From assembly GCF_036321535.1 (NCBI RefSeq), contig NC_087436.1, forward strand, positions 101,124,001 to 101,188,000: DNA of 64,000 nt, given 5' to 3'. Below are positions 39,915 to 52,080 of this stretch, piece after piece. The position numbers were made by a program, and so were the translations under genes. Below the pieces are notes generated by a model. That model had not been told where the DNA came from, searched no databases, and saw nothing but the letters and a program-made list of their open reading frames with translations. Origin of the DNA: Camelus dromedarius (Eukaryota). How positions within the stretch are numbered: position 1 is the stretch's first letter; every line of letters begins with the position of its first letter.

Positions 39915-40340
39915 GCATGGGTCAGTTTTAAGAACACCTCAACTTCCTTTGAGCAAATTACTTTCAGTCACTGAATTTAGTTTGGTAAGACTATTATCCA
40001 AAGTGCATTGCCCTTCTTTAACCAAAAGGCTGACAAGTTACCCCAAAAGGATATTTCAGCCTTGCCTCCCTGGAGTCTGAGTAGCGAGCATAGTGATGAA
40101 ATAATTTAACATAATTGGATTTAAGTCATCCCAGCAGTAGGTTTAGAAGAGACAGCTCACCAATCCCTACTAGCCTCTGAATTTACTTCTACCCTCTGGA
40201 GTCGGACTAGACCTTTCTCTTTCCTGAGCACGTGCATCCTCCACGAGTACTTTGTGAGCCTCACCTCATGGTCCCCTCAAACCATCTTCAGTTTACAATA
40301 CTAAGTGATAAACTTGATTTCTATTGCTTGAAAACAAATT
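39915..40340 (+). mobile_element. ERVL-type solo LTR (LTR33/LTR16-like)
   Basis: The 3' end taagtgataaacttgatttctattgcttgaaaacaaa resembles the LTR16/33 terminus (…gagttggtttctgttgcttgcaaccaa). It interrupts the MIR. Confidence 0.5.
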
Positions 40341-41545
40341 TTATTATGAAAATTAAATGAGCTCATCTGTGTCATATTTTTAGTGCAAAGACTAGTGCCT
40401 AGTACGGGTTAAGTCAATTTTTGCTATTATTATTGCTTCTGATATTGTTATTATCATTATGTTTATTAGTAGATACACTTTCCATCTTTTATCCAGCTTT
40501 TCATCACAAAATTTTCTTCGAATTCTACGTTTTTACTTCTTTGGTGCTGCCTTTATGGTATCTTTCCCAGGCTCGTCAAGATTATTTCTTTGCAAACTTC
40601 TGTTTTTATGTTCTCTGTAAATTCCCTAGGGATTGCATATACTTCCAGGGAGGCACCGACCACTAAGTGTAGATGAACTGTTTAATTCTTTCTTTTCCCT
40701 ATCTTAATCTCCTACATTTCAAAGTCCACTTTCTTATTAAAATGTTCAAACTAAAATCTGAAACAAAATTCTTTTCCAATCCTGTTTTTTCTCTCCTCTT
40801 TTCCCCAGTCTCAATCATCTACCAAATAGTTTATATCCTTTTGTCCAAATGCCTCTTGATCTGTCTCCAAAGTCATGGCATCAGAATCACATGATCAGAC
40901 TGTATCGGACGACAGGAGTTCCCTGACAAATATTCCTCTCTCCAGTACTTTTACTGTGGCCTGTCCTCCACTCTTTCAGCAGAGCCATCGTCCTAACAGG
41001 TACGCGTTATACCCTTGCTTGAAATGGTGACTTCCAGATGCTTACAGGATAAACCCAAACTCCTAGGCATAAAATCCAAGGCTCATTTCAAGGTGCATCG
41101 AATTCATCTTTCAGGTTCACATCTAGTCATATAACCCATGTTCGCTATACTGTAACCACACTGGATTATGGGCCTTTTAGCAAATAAGTGATGAACTCTG
41201 ATGCTTTCATTATCTCGTTCATGATTTCTTTCCCAGTTTAAATGCATCTTTCTTTCCTCCTTAGAGAGAGTAAACTTAATTTATTATAAGGCTCAATGCA
41301 ACAGTTTCTTGTATTATTAAATCTTTCCCAAATGTCTTCACTTTCCTTCTTTATCTCTGTTGTCCTATAGCACTTGTAACACATTTAACACTCTTGGTAA
41401 TGAGTTCCTTGAAAACACAGATAGTATCTTTCCCATATTTATATTCCCAGCCTTAATCACAATGCCTGGGCTAAAGCAGGTATTCAGTAGTTGCTGAGTA
41501 ATTGTTTCTCTCTGGTGATTGTAGGAATAGAAAAATACATTCTGA

Positions 41546-41548
<3 letters not shown>

Positions 41549-41590
<42 letters not shown>
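41549..41590. repeat. (AT)21 microsatellite
   Basis: Read directly from the sequence. Confidence 0.97.
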
Positions 41591-41600
<10 letters not shown>

Positions 41601-43869
41601 ACACATGAATATATATGAATAATATGCATGGACATAAATATGGACATGTGAAACATACATGTGGAAAAATATATTTCCAAATATTTATTATATATCTAAA
41701 TATTTATATGTGTGTCCAAAATAATTCAGACCTTTTATACTTTTATACTCCATTGGGTAATGCTTCAGCACTCAGTACATGACTCAACGCTGACATTAAT
41801 ATTCCTGATACGTTTACTTACGATATCAAGAAAAGTTATATTCAGAATTGGCAAAACAAGCATTGAGAAAATTCTAAATTATATCCAATGGTAAGGTATC
41901 CTGACCAGGGATATGATATATCAGAAATTATACCTTTTTATAATAACATTAGTAAGACAATTTTGATTTCCAAGTGAATTTTTAAAAGAAAACATTTAAC
42001 TCTTTCAATTAGAAAAGACATGATGCATTGTCACCCCGTGTAACAGCAACAGTAAAGGCGTGATGGTGTTTCTTCTAAAACTGATGAAAAACAATGAAAA
42101 CTTCAAATAAAAATATAGTCATTTGTTGAAAAACTGTATTTAAAAGCATACTGAGTATGGTTTATATAGGATTTTGCATACATTTTATGACAAAGCCTAA
42201 AACAGGTACTTTGAAAGTTGCACATAGTGAATGTGGATGTTTATCTATAGAACTATGGGTTAAATATTTTGCATTGATATGATATGAGCAAACTGCACTC
42301 TGTGGAGTATTGACAAGTACTTCAGCAGCACAGAACAATGCCACAGGACATCACTGTTGTAAAATTTAACATTATGAGTATTACACATTATTATTTATAG
42401 GAGAGCGGTTCTACATTCTTGAAACAATAGACAGCCCGTGGCGTGCTGTGGGCCCTTTCAGCTCTAGCAGGTTGAAGCTGAACTTCCCCGGTTGCAAAGC
42501 AAAGATCACATGGAAAACATTCAGGCAGAAAAACATTCAGACTAAGGGAATATGTATCTTTTAACTTGAAATAAAGGTGAAAAAAGATGGAGAAAAAAAA
42601 AAAAAGAAGAACTTTGCAGACTGTGCCTTCACTATTGTTAATCCTTAAAAACTTCACTGTTACAGAACTGCCAGAATAGTCTTATTACAAATGAACTCCT
42701 ATGAATTGTTTTATTTTTTTCAAAAGAAAACAATGAGCATTATAAACAGTAGGGCCGTGAAAATCATATCTGCATTATCTGCAGCATAAATTCTTTTTTT
42801 TTAAAACCATGAAACACAAAAAGCAAATTGAAAATACTTTAATGATATGATGCAAGGTTAAAAATCAAATAAAAATATTTTGGGGTAAAGTCTGAAATAA
42901 AACTCAGCTTATAGCTTGAGCAGTTAGTTCAAGCAATGATGGGGTAGAAATGGAATGGCATGAGTTTCATGAGTGATGATTCTTTAGCCTTCAGCCTTCT
43001 GGGCATGATTTACTTGAGCTCATAGCTTAACATCAAGGAAAGTCTTTTTTGACAGTCAGTATTAGAGCAAAGGAATTTATATTTAAATGATGCTTTCCTT
43101 CCATTTCCAAACACCATACAGATTTCCCATATCATCCCATATAAACATTTAATTTGAACTGAACTCCACATTCAAAGAATAGTGTTTGATCTATGGATTT
43201 TAGAAAAGATGCATTAATATGCATTTCTTTTGTTATTAATTGTACTAATTCCTCTAATAAGGAAATAAGTCTCTAGAGCTGAGCAGTGCGTTGGTGCCAA
43301 GAAATGGTGAAAGAGAGCGATTGTCTCTACTGCTTCTTATTCCACATAAAGTGTGGCCACTAATGGCACAGAATTCCACGTCCAAGAAAAACACGTCTCC
43401 GTTAAACCACAACCCAGATCCCTTTAGGGTTATCTGTGTCTTCCCTCCCTAGTGCTACTTTTGCACTGCTTTTAAAGTTATTCCCCCAACAAATCAAGGC
43501 CTCCATTCCCCTCTGCTCCGCTATTAAAAGACATCTGCTGTCTGACTCCCACTTCTCCCAGGATCAAGTTGAATTGACTTAATGTGAAAATCTGATGCCT
43601 TTTGCATTTTGATCTATTTCCCAGTCTCCTTTTATACCCTCCTGCCACTCTAGGCACGAGGTAGTTATCACATCTCTGGGTGACATGCTTGGTAATAATA
43701 GAATTCCTGCCATAGGGTGCGTCCCGAGTAACACAGAAGAACACAAGCTGTAACAGAGCTCACATGATCTGTGATATTTATATCTATAAATAGGTGCCTA
43801 TCACCTCAACTGTTACCCAGCACTTTGTATTTTGTAGGAATGTGATAGCCTTAGCACTTAATCTATTGT

Positions 43870-44560
43870 AGAAATGCAATAAATATTTATTGAGTACCTA
43901 TTAATACATTACATTGAATCCCATTCTAAACGGCATAAAATTCCCATTTATAGCATCAAATGAATTCAATCACTATTGAGTCAGCATCTACTAAGATACA
44001 ATCGGCAAGGCACTTTGCTAAGAACTGGAGGGAGATGGAAAATATGAATCAGACTTGGACCTTCCCAGTGAAGAGATTATGGTGTAATAAATAAATGGTA
44101 CATATACACACTTACAAAACCACAAAAAAGTCCATCACTAAAGATGGAAAGCTCCAGGTAATATAAAATCGCACAGATAAAATAACTTAAAATTAGCACT
44201 CCCAACTTGGTAACCAGAAAAACTTGATGAAAGAAGAATCAAAGAAAGTAGGATTCACACACATAAAATTAGAAGACAAAATTGCTGGAGGAGATGACAG
44301 TTTAGGTTACGATAAACCGGTAGGAAAGTGTGAAGTAGGTAAAGTCACTTGAAAGTTACCAGGCTTCACTGGAGCAGAGAGCTCATGAAAAGGCAGAATG
44401 AAAAGTAAAAATGGGAGAGGGAGATTAGAGTCAGAGGAATATGATTCTAAATTGAGAAAATGGAAATGTATTAATTAGAAATGAACAGGCACTAAATGTT
44501 CCTGAGCATGGCTTAAGAAGAAAAAGTTTTCTGTTCTTGTAAGATTTGGGGGCAGCAATG
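43870..44560 (-). mobile_element. L2 3' fragments
   Basis: caataaatatttattgagtaccta; tattgagtcagcatctact...aggcactttgctaagaactggag...aatatgaatcagacttggacc. Confidence 0.55.
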
Positions 44561-45171
44561 TAGGGAACACTTTAACCTTCAGTGTAATATTTGAATCTAC
44601 CAAACAAGTTTGTTCACAAACTTTAATAGCAGTTCGACCATGCTCCCCTGCCTAGCCATGATCTATTTTATCTCACAGTCTTGATTAGTTGACAGTAGCA
44701 CAGAGAGAGAGAGAAAGCTCTTTTTAACACGTATGTTTATGATTCAGTATTGCTAGATGGCACAGTAATTGGAGTAACTTCTAATAACAGTCATCAGGGC
44801 TTATCAATTTCAAATTCAACTAAACAGGAAGTAACAGGGACTACTGAAGGACCATGCTAGGCTTTACAAACATCTATGTGGAAAGTAGCCAATCTAAAGA
44901 TCCAACTGTAACATATATTTTAAAATAAGTTAACAGGAAAAATTACAGCACATTATTTCAAGAAAGCTGAAATAAAACGTTCCTCACAGTTAAACAAAAC
45001 TGAATGGCAACACAATTGATGCAGCAATAGCCGAAAAGAAAATGTCACAGTACAAAAGGTGCTTCCCACAATCACGGCAGTGATTAACATAATTAATCAC
45101 TTAATTTCATTTGATTAACATAATTCCAAATAGTCAAGAAACTGAAAGTGAAGGTGAGAACTTGAGCTTAC

Positions 45172-45193
45172 CTAATTACCCTGCTGAAGAATA
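45172..45193 (-). other. Candidate 22-nt cassette exon
   Basis: Minus strand: gtttatttatttctag|TATTCTTCAGCAGGGTAATTAG|gtaagc. Confidence 0.15.
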
Positions 45194-45709
45194 CTAGAAA
45201 TAAATAAACTTGTTAGATATTTCACTGGGGTTTATTTTAAACAGTAGTCTCTAAACTCTAAGAGATAATTCATTGAAACAGCTCAAGGTATGCGTTGATT
45301 GATTATTTTTTATTATGTTCCCACTTATAAACATTACCGCGTTTTATAAGCATATCTGTATTTTCTAAATAATTCCAAAATTACCTTCCCAAGATACACT
45401 GAACAGTAAACTTATTTATAAAGTCTATACCAAAAAATAGTTCTAAAATCAAGTTTAAATTCCTGAAAGGGTTTAAGGAAATCAGGGTTAAAAACCAGGC
45501 ACACCTGAAGTTCGAATCTCAGCCTAACTCGTGGCCAGGGGTAAGACTGGTGTAAAATGGATTTGCCTCTTTTTAATAGCAGATAGCACTTAGAGACATC
45601 TACTAAATGTCCGACACTGTTCTGAATTGCGTTCGGACTGCTTCTGGAATCTTAGCTCAACTAGTGAATAGCTATGTGGTGGTGGTGTCACATTTCTGAG
45701 CCTTTCTGT

Positions 45710-45910
45710 AATAATAGCTGTTATTTATACTTCCTCACCTTATGCCAGGCAGTGCCATAAGTGCTATGTATTAACTTACATTAACTCATTATAGGACATA
45801 TAACTTACATAGCATACAGATTCGTGCACATTTCCTAATATTACCATGAGACTACTAACATCTTCATTTAAATACATGAGAGATTAAGGAACTCGCCCAA
45901 AGTGTCAAAG
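45710..45910 (-). mobile_element. MIR SINE
   Basis: taataatagctgttattta...tatgccaggcagtgccataagtgct...gagattaaggaactcgcccaaag. Confidence 0.65.
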
Positions 45911-46792
45911 ACTGATCCACAGTGGATGCCCTAAATACATCATCTGTCAATTCGTGAATTATATATACCTTTAAATCACATATTTTTAAGGAACTCCCAA
46001 GAGAGGACAAAATATAGCAATTCAAATGCTTAACAAACATGTTTACACTGAAAGATCACTCTCAGAGCAGATCATCATCATCAGCTAACTATCAGACCAA
46101 AAATTAAGTTGCAACTTTCTGATCGCTGAAAATACAATGCCACCAACTAAAAAGAAAGAAACCGAAATATCACACATTTTTGTGTCCGACCTAGCACAGA
46201 TGTTTACGGAATTGGCTTTTATCACAAATTCAAATTTGTCCTTATTTTAGAAAACAGAACTTGCAATTGATCATATGCTATCTATATATGTTCATATGCT
46301 TTCTCTTCTATTTGACAAAAAAATTCTGCTAAATGAAAAGGGAACAATGTGAATTGACGTGTTAGACAAAGGAAAAGAGTAAGGAAGGTAAAAAACAACT
46401 TAACTGGCTTTTTTTCTCTTTATAAGGTTTTGCATAACAGTGTCTAGATTTCCATAAATACTCAGTTTTGTGTACAATAAAATATCTGTGAGCAACATAA
46501 TAACCAAAGTTACGCTCCAAATGGCACCCGTACATTAACTGCCAAAAGAGGTTACAGAATAATTTTTGAAAGGGAAAAAAAAAAAAAAAAAAGCCCTTTG
46601 GACCTGCTGTAGTATGCAATCTCAAAGGAAACCAATAGCCTAATTACACAGCCATGAGGAGGTAGCCAGCAGATTTCAGTGATTGGGAAAGAGAAAGCTT
46701 GACAAAATCTAGGATATTAGTCAGATCTGTAAAATCTTTTACTTCTGTGCAAGTTCTGAATTGTCAGCAGTGTAAAATGAAAAGAAAAGTAC

Positions 46793-46857
46793 CTTCAGAA
46801 GGTTCGCTATATTTTATAACTCACTGTTCACAACCACTGTGGCCACTCTACACACTG
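46793..46857 (-). other. Candidate non-coding cassette exon (65 nt; NAGNAG acceptor; alternative donor gives 33 nt)
   Basis: Minus strand: ctgattggttcttcctttttacag|CAGTGTGTAGAG...CCTTCTGAAG|gtactt, with an internal donor ACA|gtgagt ending at 46825. The long form has stops in all three frames. Confidence 0.3.
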
Positions 46858-49639
46858 CTGTAAAAAGGAAGAACCAATCAGCTGGTGGATGACTGTCTGG
46901 CTCGGCAGAAACTTCCATTTCATGTAATAAAGACAAACACACACAATCTGAATATGTTCTCACTGGGGAGGGAAGGAGGGGTGAGAGACCCCTTCATGTC
47001 AGGTACTTGACAGATTATTTCAAAGATGCATATTTTTCCCCCTCAGGCCTGTCCAAAGGCAGAGTCCCATTGTGCCTTTCCAAAATGCAGTCCTTTGTAT
47101 GTGATTTCAATGGCCCTTAATAGAATCCCAAGAATCACATTATACATTCAAAAATATGATCACCCTAATACATATCTTTTGTGTTTTCTCTCAAAATCAT
47201 GAGAGGAACTTCTTTTTTATCTAAGTATATTCTTTAAGCATTTACTTGTGGTCACTTGGAATTGAAAATGTACTTCATTTGACACTATTGCACATAGAGT
47301 GATTTGATATGCTTTTAATTCACGAAAGTATTTCAAACCGTAAAAATGCCTTAAAAAAAAATCTGTTCTGAATTCAGAAAAAAAGAAAGCATATGCATGT
47401 TCTCTTCTTTTAAAATAAAGAATTATTTTTAATTCTGGTGGCATTTGATATAACCATCAACAATTCTGATGCTTTCTTTCATTTTTCAATTTTTTTCTTT
47501 TTCATTGTCTCTGATAGACCCATTGGGAGTACAATGGCTTATGTCACAACATGAAACATCATGCTAATTAAACTGCTAATTAACAGCTATAAGAAATATA
47601 CTGCTTGAAATGGACTGCTGTATTACTTTGTTTTAACTTTTGTGTCATTGCCACTTGGTAACTACTAATTTAGAATCCTCTAATCAAGCTCTTTAATCCA
47701 AATGCTAATCTCAGATGCCAGGAGCACAGGATGGCTGAGCAACCCTGGTGCAAGATATGGACTGCATTTCTTCCCGGTATAAAAGATGGTTTATTGAAAG
47801 ATTAAAAAATTGAAGATGACAAGATCCTGTGTTTATAGATCCTTGGTATTCACTTGAATGTAACCTCTTTTAGTGTAGTACTAATAGCAAGTCATCCTCA
47901 AAAACATTTTCTCAAACATCTCCATCTAAATAGTGAGGCATCTATGTGACAAGTCATCATAGGACTTTTATTTAAAAAGCTCATGTGATAGATTTCCTTA
48001 ATATCAGTCTTTTCTTTAACATGTATTTTGTTCAGTGACATGACTCTATCAACCACGTTTCAATTTGGGCTTCCAAACAACGGCAGGTTTGTATTCAATA
48101 AACACGCAAGGGTTTTAAAAAGTCAACCAGCAGGAAGTGTAGACTACACTATCCCTACTTGAAATGTCTTATTAGGAGGCAGCCAGTTTCTGATTGCCTG
48201 GTATGTAAATACCAAATGTCTGCTGCTTACATGAGCTTGACACATAGGGGAGAAAAAGTCCGTGCTGACCCATCTTTTAACAGCTTGACACAGGGAGAAA
48301 GATTAGAGACCCAGGTCCCCTTCAGCTGCTACTGAGACAGAATTTTCGCTGACACAATTGGGCAGTAGCAATTAAAAACCAGGCAGAGCTGTACCCGATC
48401 TCAGAACTCCAATCATTTACCATAGGAAATGTGCCTTTTCCCTCTAACATCTAAGGACAGAGTCTAGAAAGATATTCATTTTTAATCAAATTAATTTTAA
48501 CTCCTCATTAGAAATACACAAAAAGCAGCATAAGATAGGTTATTATTGGGGTATTAACATTCATAAAAAACAGAGAATAGGCAGATTTTTCACAAAAACA
48601 GTAAAAATTATCGAAACGCAAGGTATACTAAAAATCTGTACTTGGCTTTATCTCTTTTCAGATGCTCAGCCACTAAATTGTGATGTGAACTTAAAATATA
48701 ACTTTCTCACGTTTTCACCAGCAATGCTATGCGTTTCCAGGAACACAGCGCCATTTCTGAGGTCTACACGTTCCACAGTCACAATTATTATGCAATATAT
48801 TTCATCCAAAAGTAGTTTCAAATAGGCAAAATTGAGCATTTTCAATGGTTGTTTATTTGTTTTCTCCTCTCGTATATGCTTACATAACCAATTACTGTGT
48901 TAAAAATGAAATCCTCTGACTTTCCAGATATTAAATACGATCCAGTTCAATTCAGCCAGTATTTATTTTATTTATATTTCATACATTCAAATCTTATCAT
49001 CTAATAAATGCAATGCCACTTTTTTGCTCAATGAAGGACTTTTTGAAAATAAATCCCTCACCATATATAATAGATATGTATTGGATATTTACAAAGGATA
49101 ATAACTACTTATTTGTGGATAGGTTGTCACAATCAGCATGATCCTTAGTTTTTTAATAACCCTACAAATAATTTCTCATTCTTACATTTCACAATTTTTA
49201 AGCTACTAATAATGGGAGAAAATCGTGTTCCTTTATGACCGTGGATAAAGTGATCTTCAAAAATTGCTCTCTGACCTTTTGGAAACTTTCATCATTGAAC
49301 TGTGACAAAGGTTTGATTTCAGCTCTCACAGTTTCCTTTCACTTGTCTATGCCTGAAAAAATTACAGCTCCCCGAGCTCCCAGATTTGAATTGTAGCAGA
49401 TCAGAAACTGATGGATTTCCCTGGAGAACTGGTACCTGCACAATTTTTCTGAGTTTCACACCCTGGCATATGGAGAATATTGAGGGCTTGGCATTATACT
49501 TCTCTGTGAAGTGCCTTTGATTTCACTTTTGCCAGTGAGGTTGAGTTTATTTTGGCCCATGACCATCTCAATCAGCAGCCACTACACTCTATTCATGTCA
49601 ACTAGAAAAATGACAAGAAGATGATGAATAATTACCAGT

Positions 49640-49867
49640 GTTTATTGAGTTCTTGTTATGTCATACTTACTTTGCCTGGCTAAATCTCACTTAATAATCA
49701 CAGCTAATTTATGAGGCAAATACTGTTATTAACTTCATATTACATGTGAAGAAACGGAGGCAGAGAGATGTTATTTGTTCAAAGGTCATTCAATTTATGT
49801 GTTTGAACCACGTTTCAAACCCAAACAGCCTGGATTCTAGACACAGAACTCTTAACTACTGTGCTAT
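49640..49867 (-). mobile_element. MIR SINE
   Basis: ttattgagttcttgttatg...gaagaaacggaggcagagagatg...ttgttcaaaggtca...ttcaaacccaaacagcctggattctaga...cttaactactgtgcta. Confidence 0.85.
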
Positions 49868-50344
49868 TCTGTCACAGTTCACACATGGCACTGTAATAAT
49901 TAGCCTGCATGGCTGGACTTCCCATTAGACTGTGAGCTCTTCCTACTCAAAGAACGAAGCTGCCATTTTCCTCAGTCCACCCAGATTCCAGCGGCAAAGT
50001 CTTCATTTTCAAAAAGAATTGATGCAAATAGTACATATTTATATTAATATATTTTAAACATGCAATGCAGGTAGTTTAGAGACAAATTTCTCTTCTCCTC
50101 CATATACAGTATTTAGAGCAGACCTTTTATCACAGATTCCATCTTGATCCAATATTTCAGTGTACTAGAATTTCTGAATACCTTTCATGTCCAAGTCATG
50201 CATGCTGGATCTGCCTCACTCAGGCTAATAAATGTGTGATCTACAAACCACAAAATTTATCTCTGCACCTCTAAATAGTTCCAGAACCTACTTTGCACCC
50301 CCATCTATAATAACATTTGACATGAAAGCTCTGTGGCCCATCTG

Positions 50345-50520
50345 TTGAGTGTCGCCTCTGAAACCAGAGTGACAGGGCTCAAAGCCCAGTACTACCTCCT
50401 GCTAATTCTGTAGATTTGCAAATCTACCAAAACTCTCTCATTTTCTCAGCTGTGAAATGGGTACCATGACAATAATAGTATCCGCCTCATGCAGTTGCTA
50501 TAAATATTAAACGTAGCAAC
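50345..50520 (+). mobile_element. MIR SINE
   Basis: ctctgaaaccagagtgacagggctcaaagcccag...ttttctcagctgtgaaatgggtacc...cctcatgcagttgcta. Confidence 0.7.
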
Positions 50521-51934
50521 TAGTATACCATCTGCACAGAGCCGAAAGTTAAAAAGTTCTCAAGGAAATATTAAAATCTGTTTAACTACATTATATTTAC
50601 CAAAACAGGGAAACAGACTTATAGTAGTCCAAAAAATAAAAAGAACTAAAACTAGAAACATATTTTAATCCTCCCAAAAATATTTTAATTTTTCCTTTAT
50701 ATCTTTGTGAAATGTGTACCTATGTGCATCCAATCTGATGGATTCCGGGTATAACTTTTCAAGTGGTAACTCTCACGCCCAGTTGTTCCACTGCTTTATA
50801 TAGCCATTTCCCTTGAGCACTAAGCTCCCTCTCCCTGCCACCTTTTTTTCTTTTTTTTCCCCAAATGGATAGAGGCAAGAGGCAAGGGTAGTTTTATGTA
50901 GAGATAGTGGGACTTGGGAGAGGCTTGGTAGGTGGAAGCTTGCAAGTCTCCCATCTAAATTTCTATTCTTGTAAAGACAAGATTAAATTGACAAAATTAA
51001 ATTTTACTATCAAAATCAGCCTCATCAGGGGCCAGAAGTTCACCTAAATGAAAACAAGTTCAGTCTGACCAATTCTCTAAATAAAGATCCCTGAAGATTA
51101 TCCATGCCATCATTGTGATATTGAAAGTGACACTATTTTGCAAGTCAGTATGCTGCAATGAAAAAAAAAAATCCACACGATATATCTGCTTTCATTTTGC
51201 TTCCCACTGTTTCTCTGACCTTTCCCAGTTGGAGTAGTAGCAGGAAACTAAAATAAAAGTACCGTTTTTCTGTGTGAGGCACTTCATGACTAAACATTAA
51301 TCGTGAAATTGTAAGAGTTACAAGACTCCTCTGCCTGTTGCTTCTCCTCAGCAGAGAATTACTATTAGATGAAAGCGCCTACAGCAATAAACATCAGGGG
51401 CCAGTGTTTCCTCCTCCTCTGAACCCAACCAGGCTGATCCAAGTCCAGAAACTCCTTTGAAGTCCCGCAGACCTTCATGTGCTGATCAATCCTTCCGGAG
51501 TAAAGAGCAAGAAAAACTGGTTCTAGCACTTTAATAAATTCTGCCAGGGAATGTATTCAACTCAGTGCAGTACAAAAAGGTTTCCTTTGATACAAATTGA
51601 GTGATTTTCTACTTGGGTGCCACTTGGTTCAATTAACTTAGAGGGAGCCATTGATCCCAGATGTGATTATTTATACCTCAGTACATATTTCTAATAAGGC
51701 TAACTAAGGTTGGAAGAGTAACAACTGTAAATTCATATTTTTTCTTGGTCTTAAGGCATATGTTGAGCTTTAGGTCACTTTAAGTGGAAAACAGCACATG
51801 GTTCTCTTAATACAGATGATCAATATCGAATGTTGATATAATCAGTATTCTGTAACACACTGTAACACTTCTAAGTTATCAATCTACGAATTAAGTTAAC
51901 TTATCAAGATTTAAGAATTTAAGTGATCTTCAGA

Positions 51935-52080
51935 TTGATAGTGCAATCCAAACTCATCATTTATGGATGAGAAAACTGAGCACTCAAAAAAAAAAAAAAT
52001 GTATCCTTCAGGTCTGGCTGTTTGGTGGCAGAGTAAAATCTGGAGTCAAGACTCCTGACCCTGTTAAGGGTGCTTTTCTC
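51935..52080 (-). mobile_element. MIR SINE
   Basis: atccaaactcatcatttatggatgagaaaactgagcactca...ggtggcagag...ctcctgac. Confidence 0.65.

Larger units (their letters stand above)
39470..40430 (+). mobile_element. MIR SINE fragmented by two later insertions
   Basis: aaatttggcaaaggtatttaacttcctt|aagactgagctccctcatatttaaattgaggat rejoins into the MIR core once the mini-L1 is removed. The MIR 3' part (ttattatgaaaattaaatgagc...gactagtgcctagtac) lies at 40340-40430. Confidence 0.7.
38300..41500 (+). mobile_element. Long, decayed L2 LINE (ORF2 region to 3' end), interrupted at about 39470-40440
   Basis: gagaaaattgaataaccacgctgattgactctgctacaaatttatgattt and cctcctactgctgagaacattgcggtcatca (L2 ORF2 region). 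It resumes after 40440 and ends at tgagttccttgaaaacacagatagtatc...acaatgcctgggctaaagcaggtattcagta. Confidence 0.75.
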
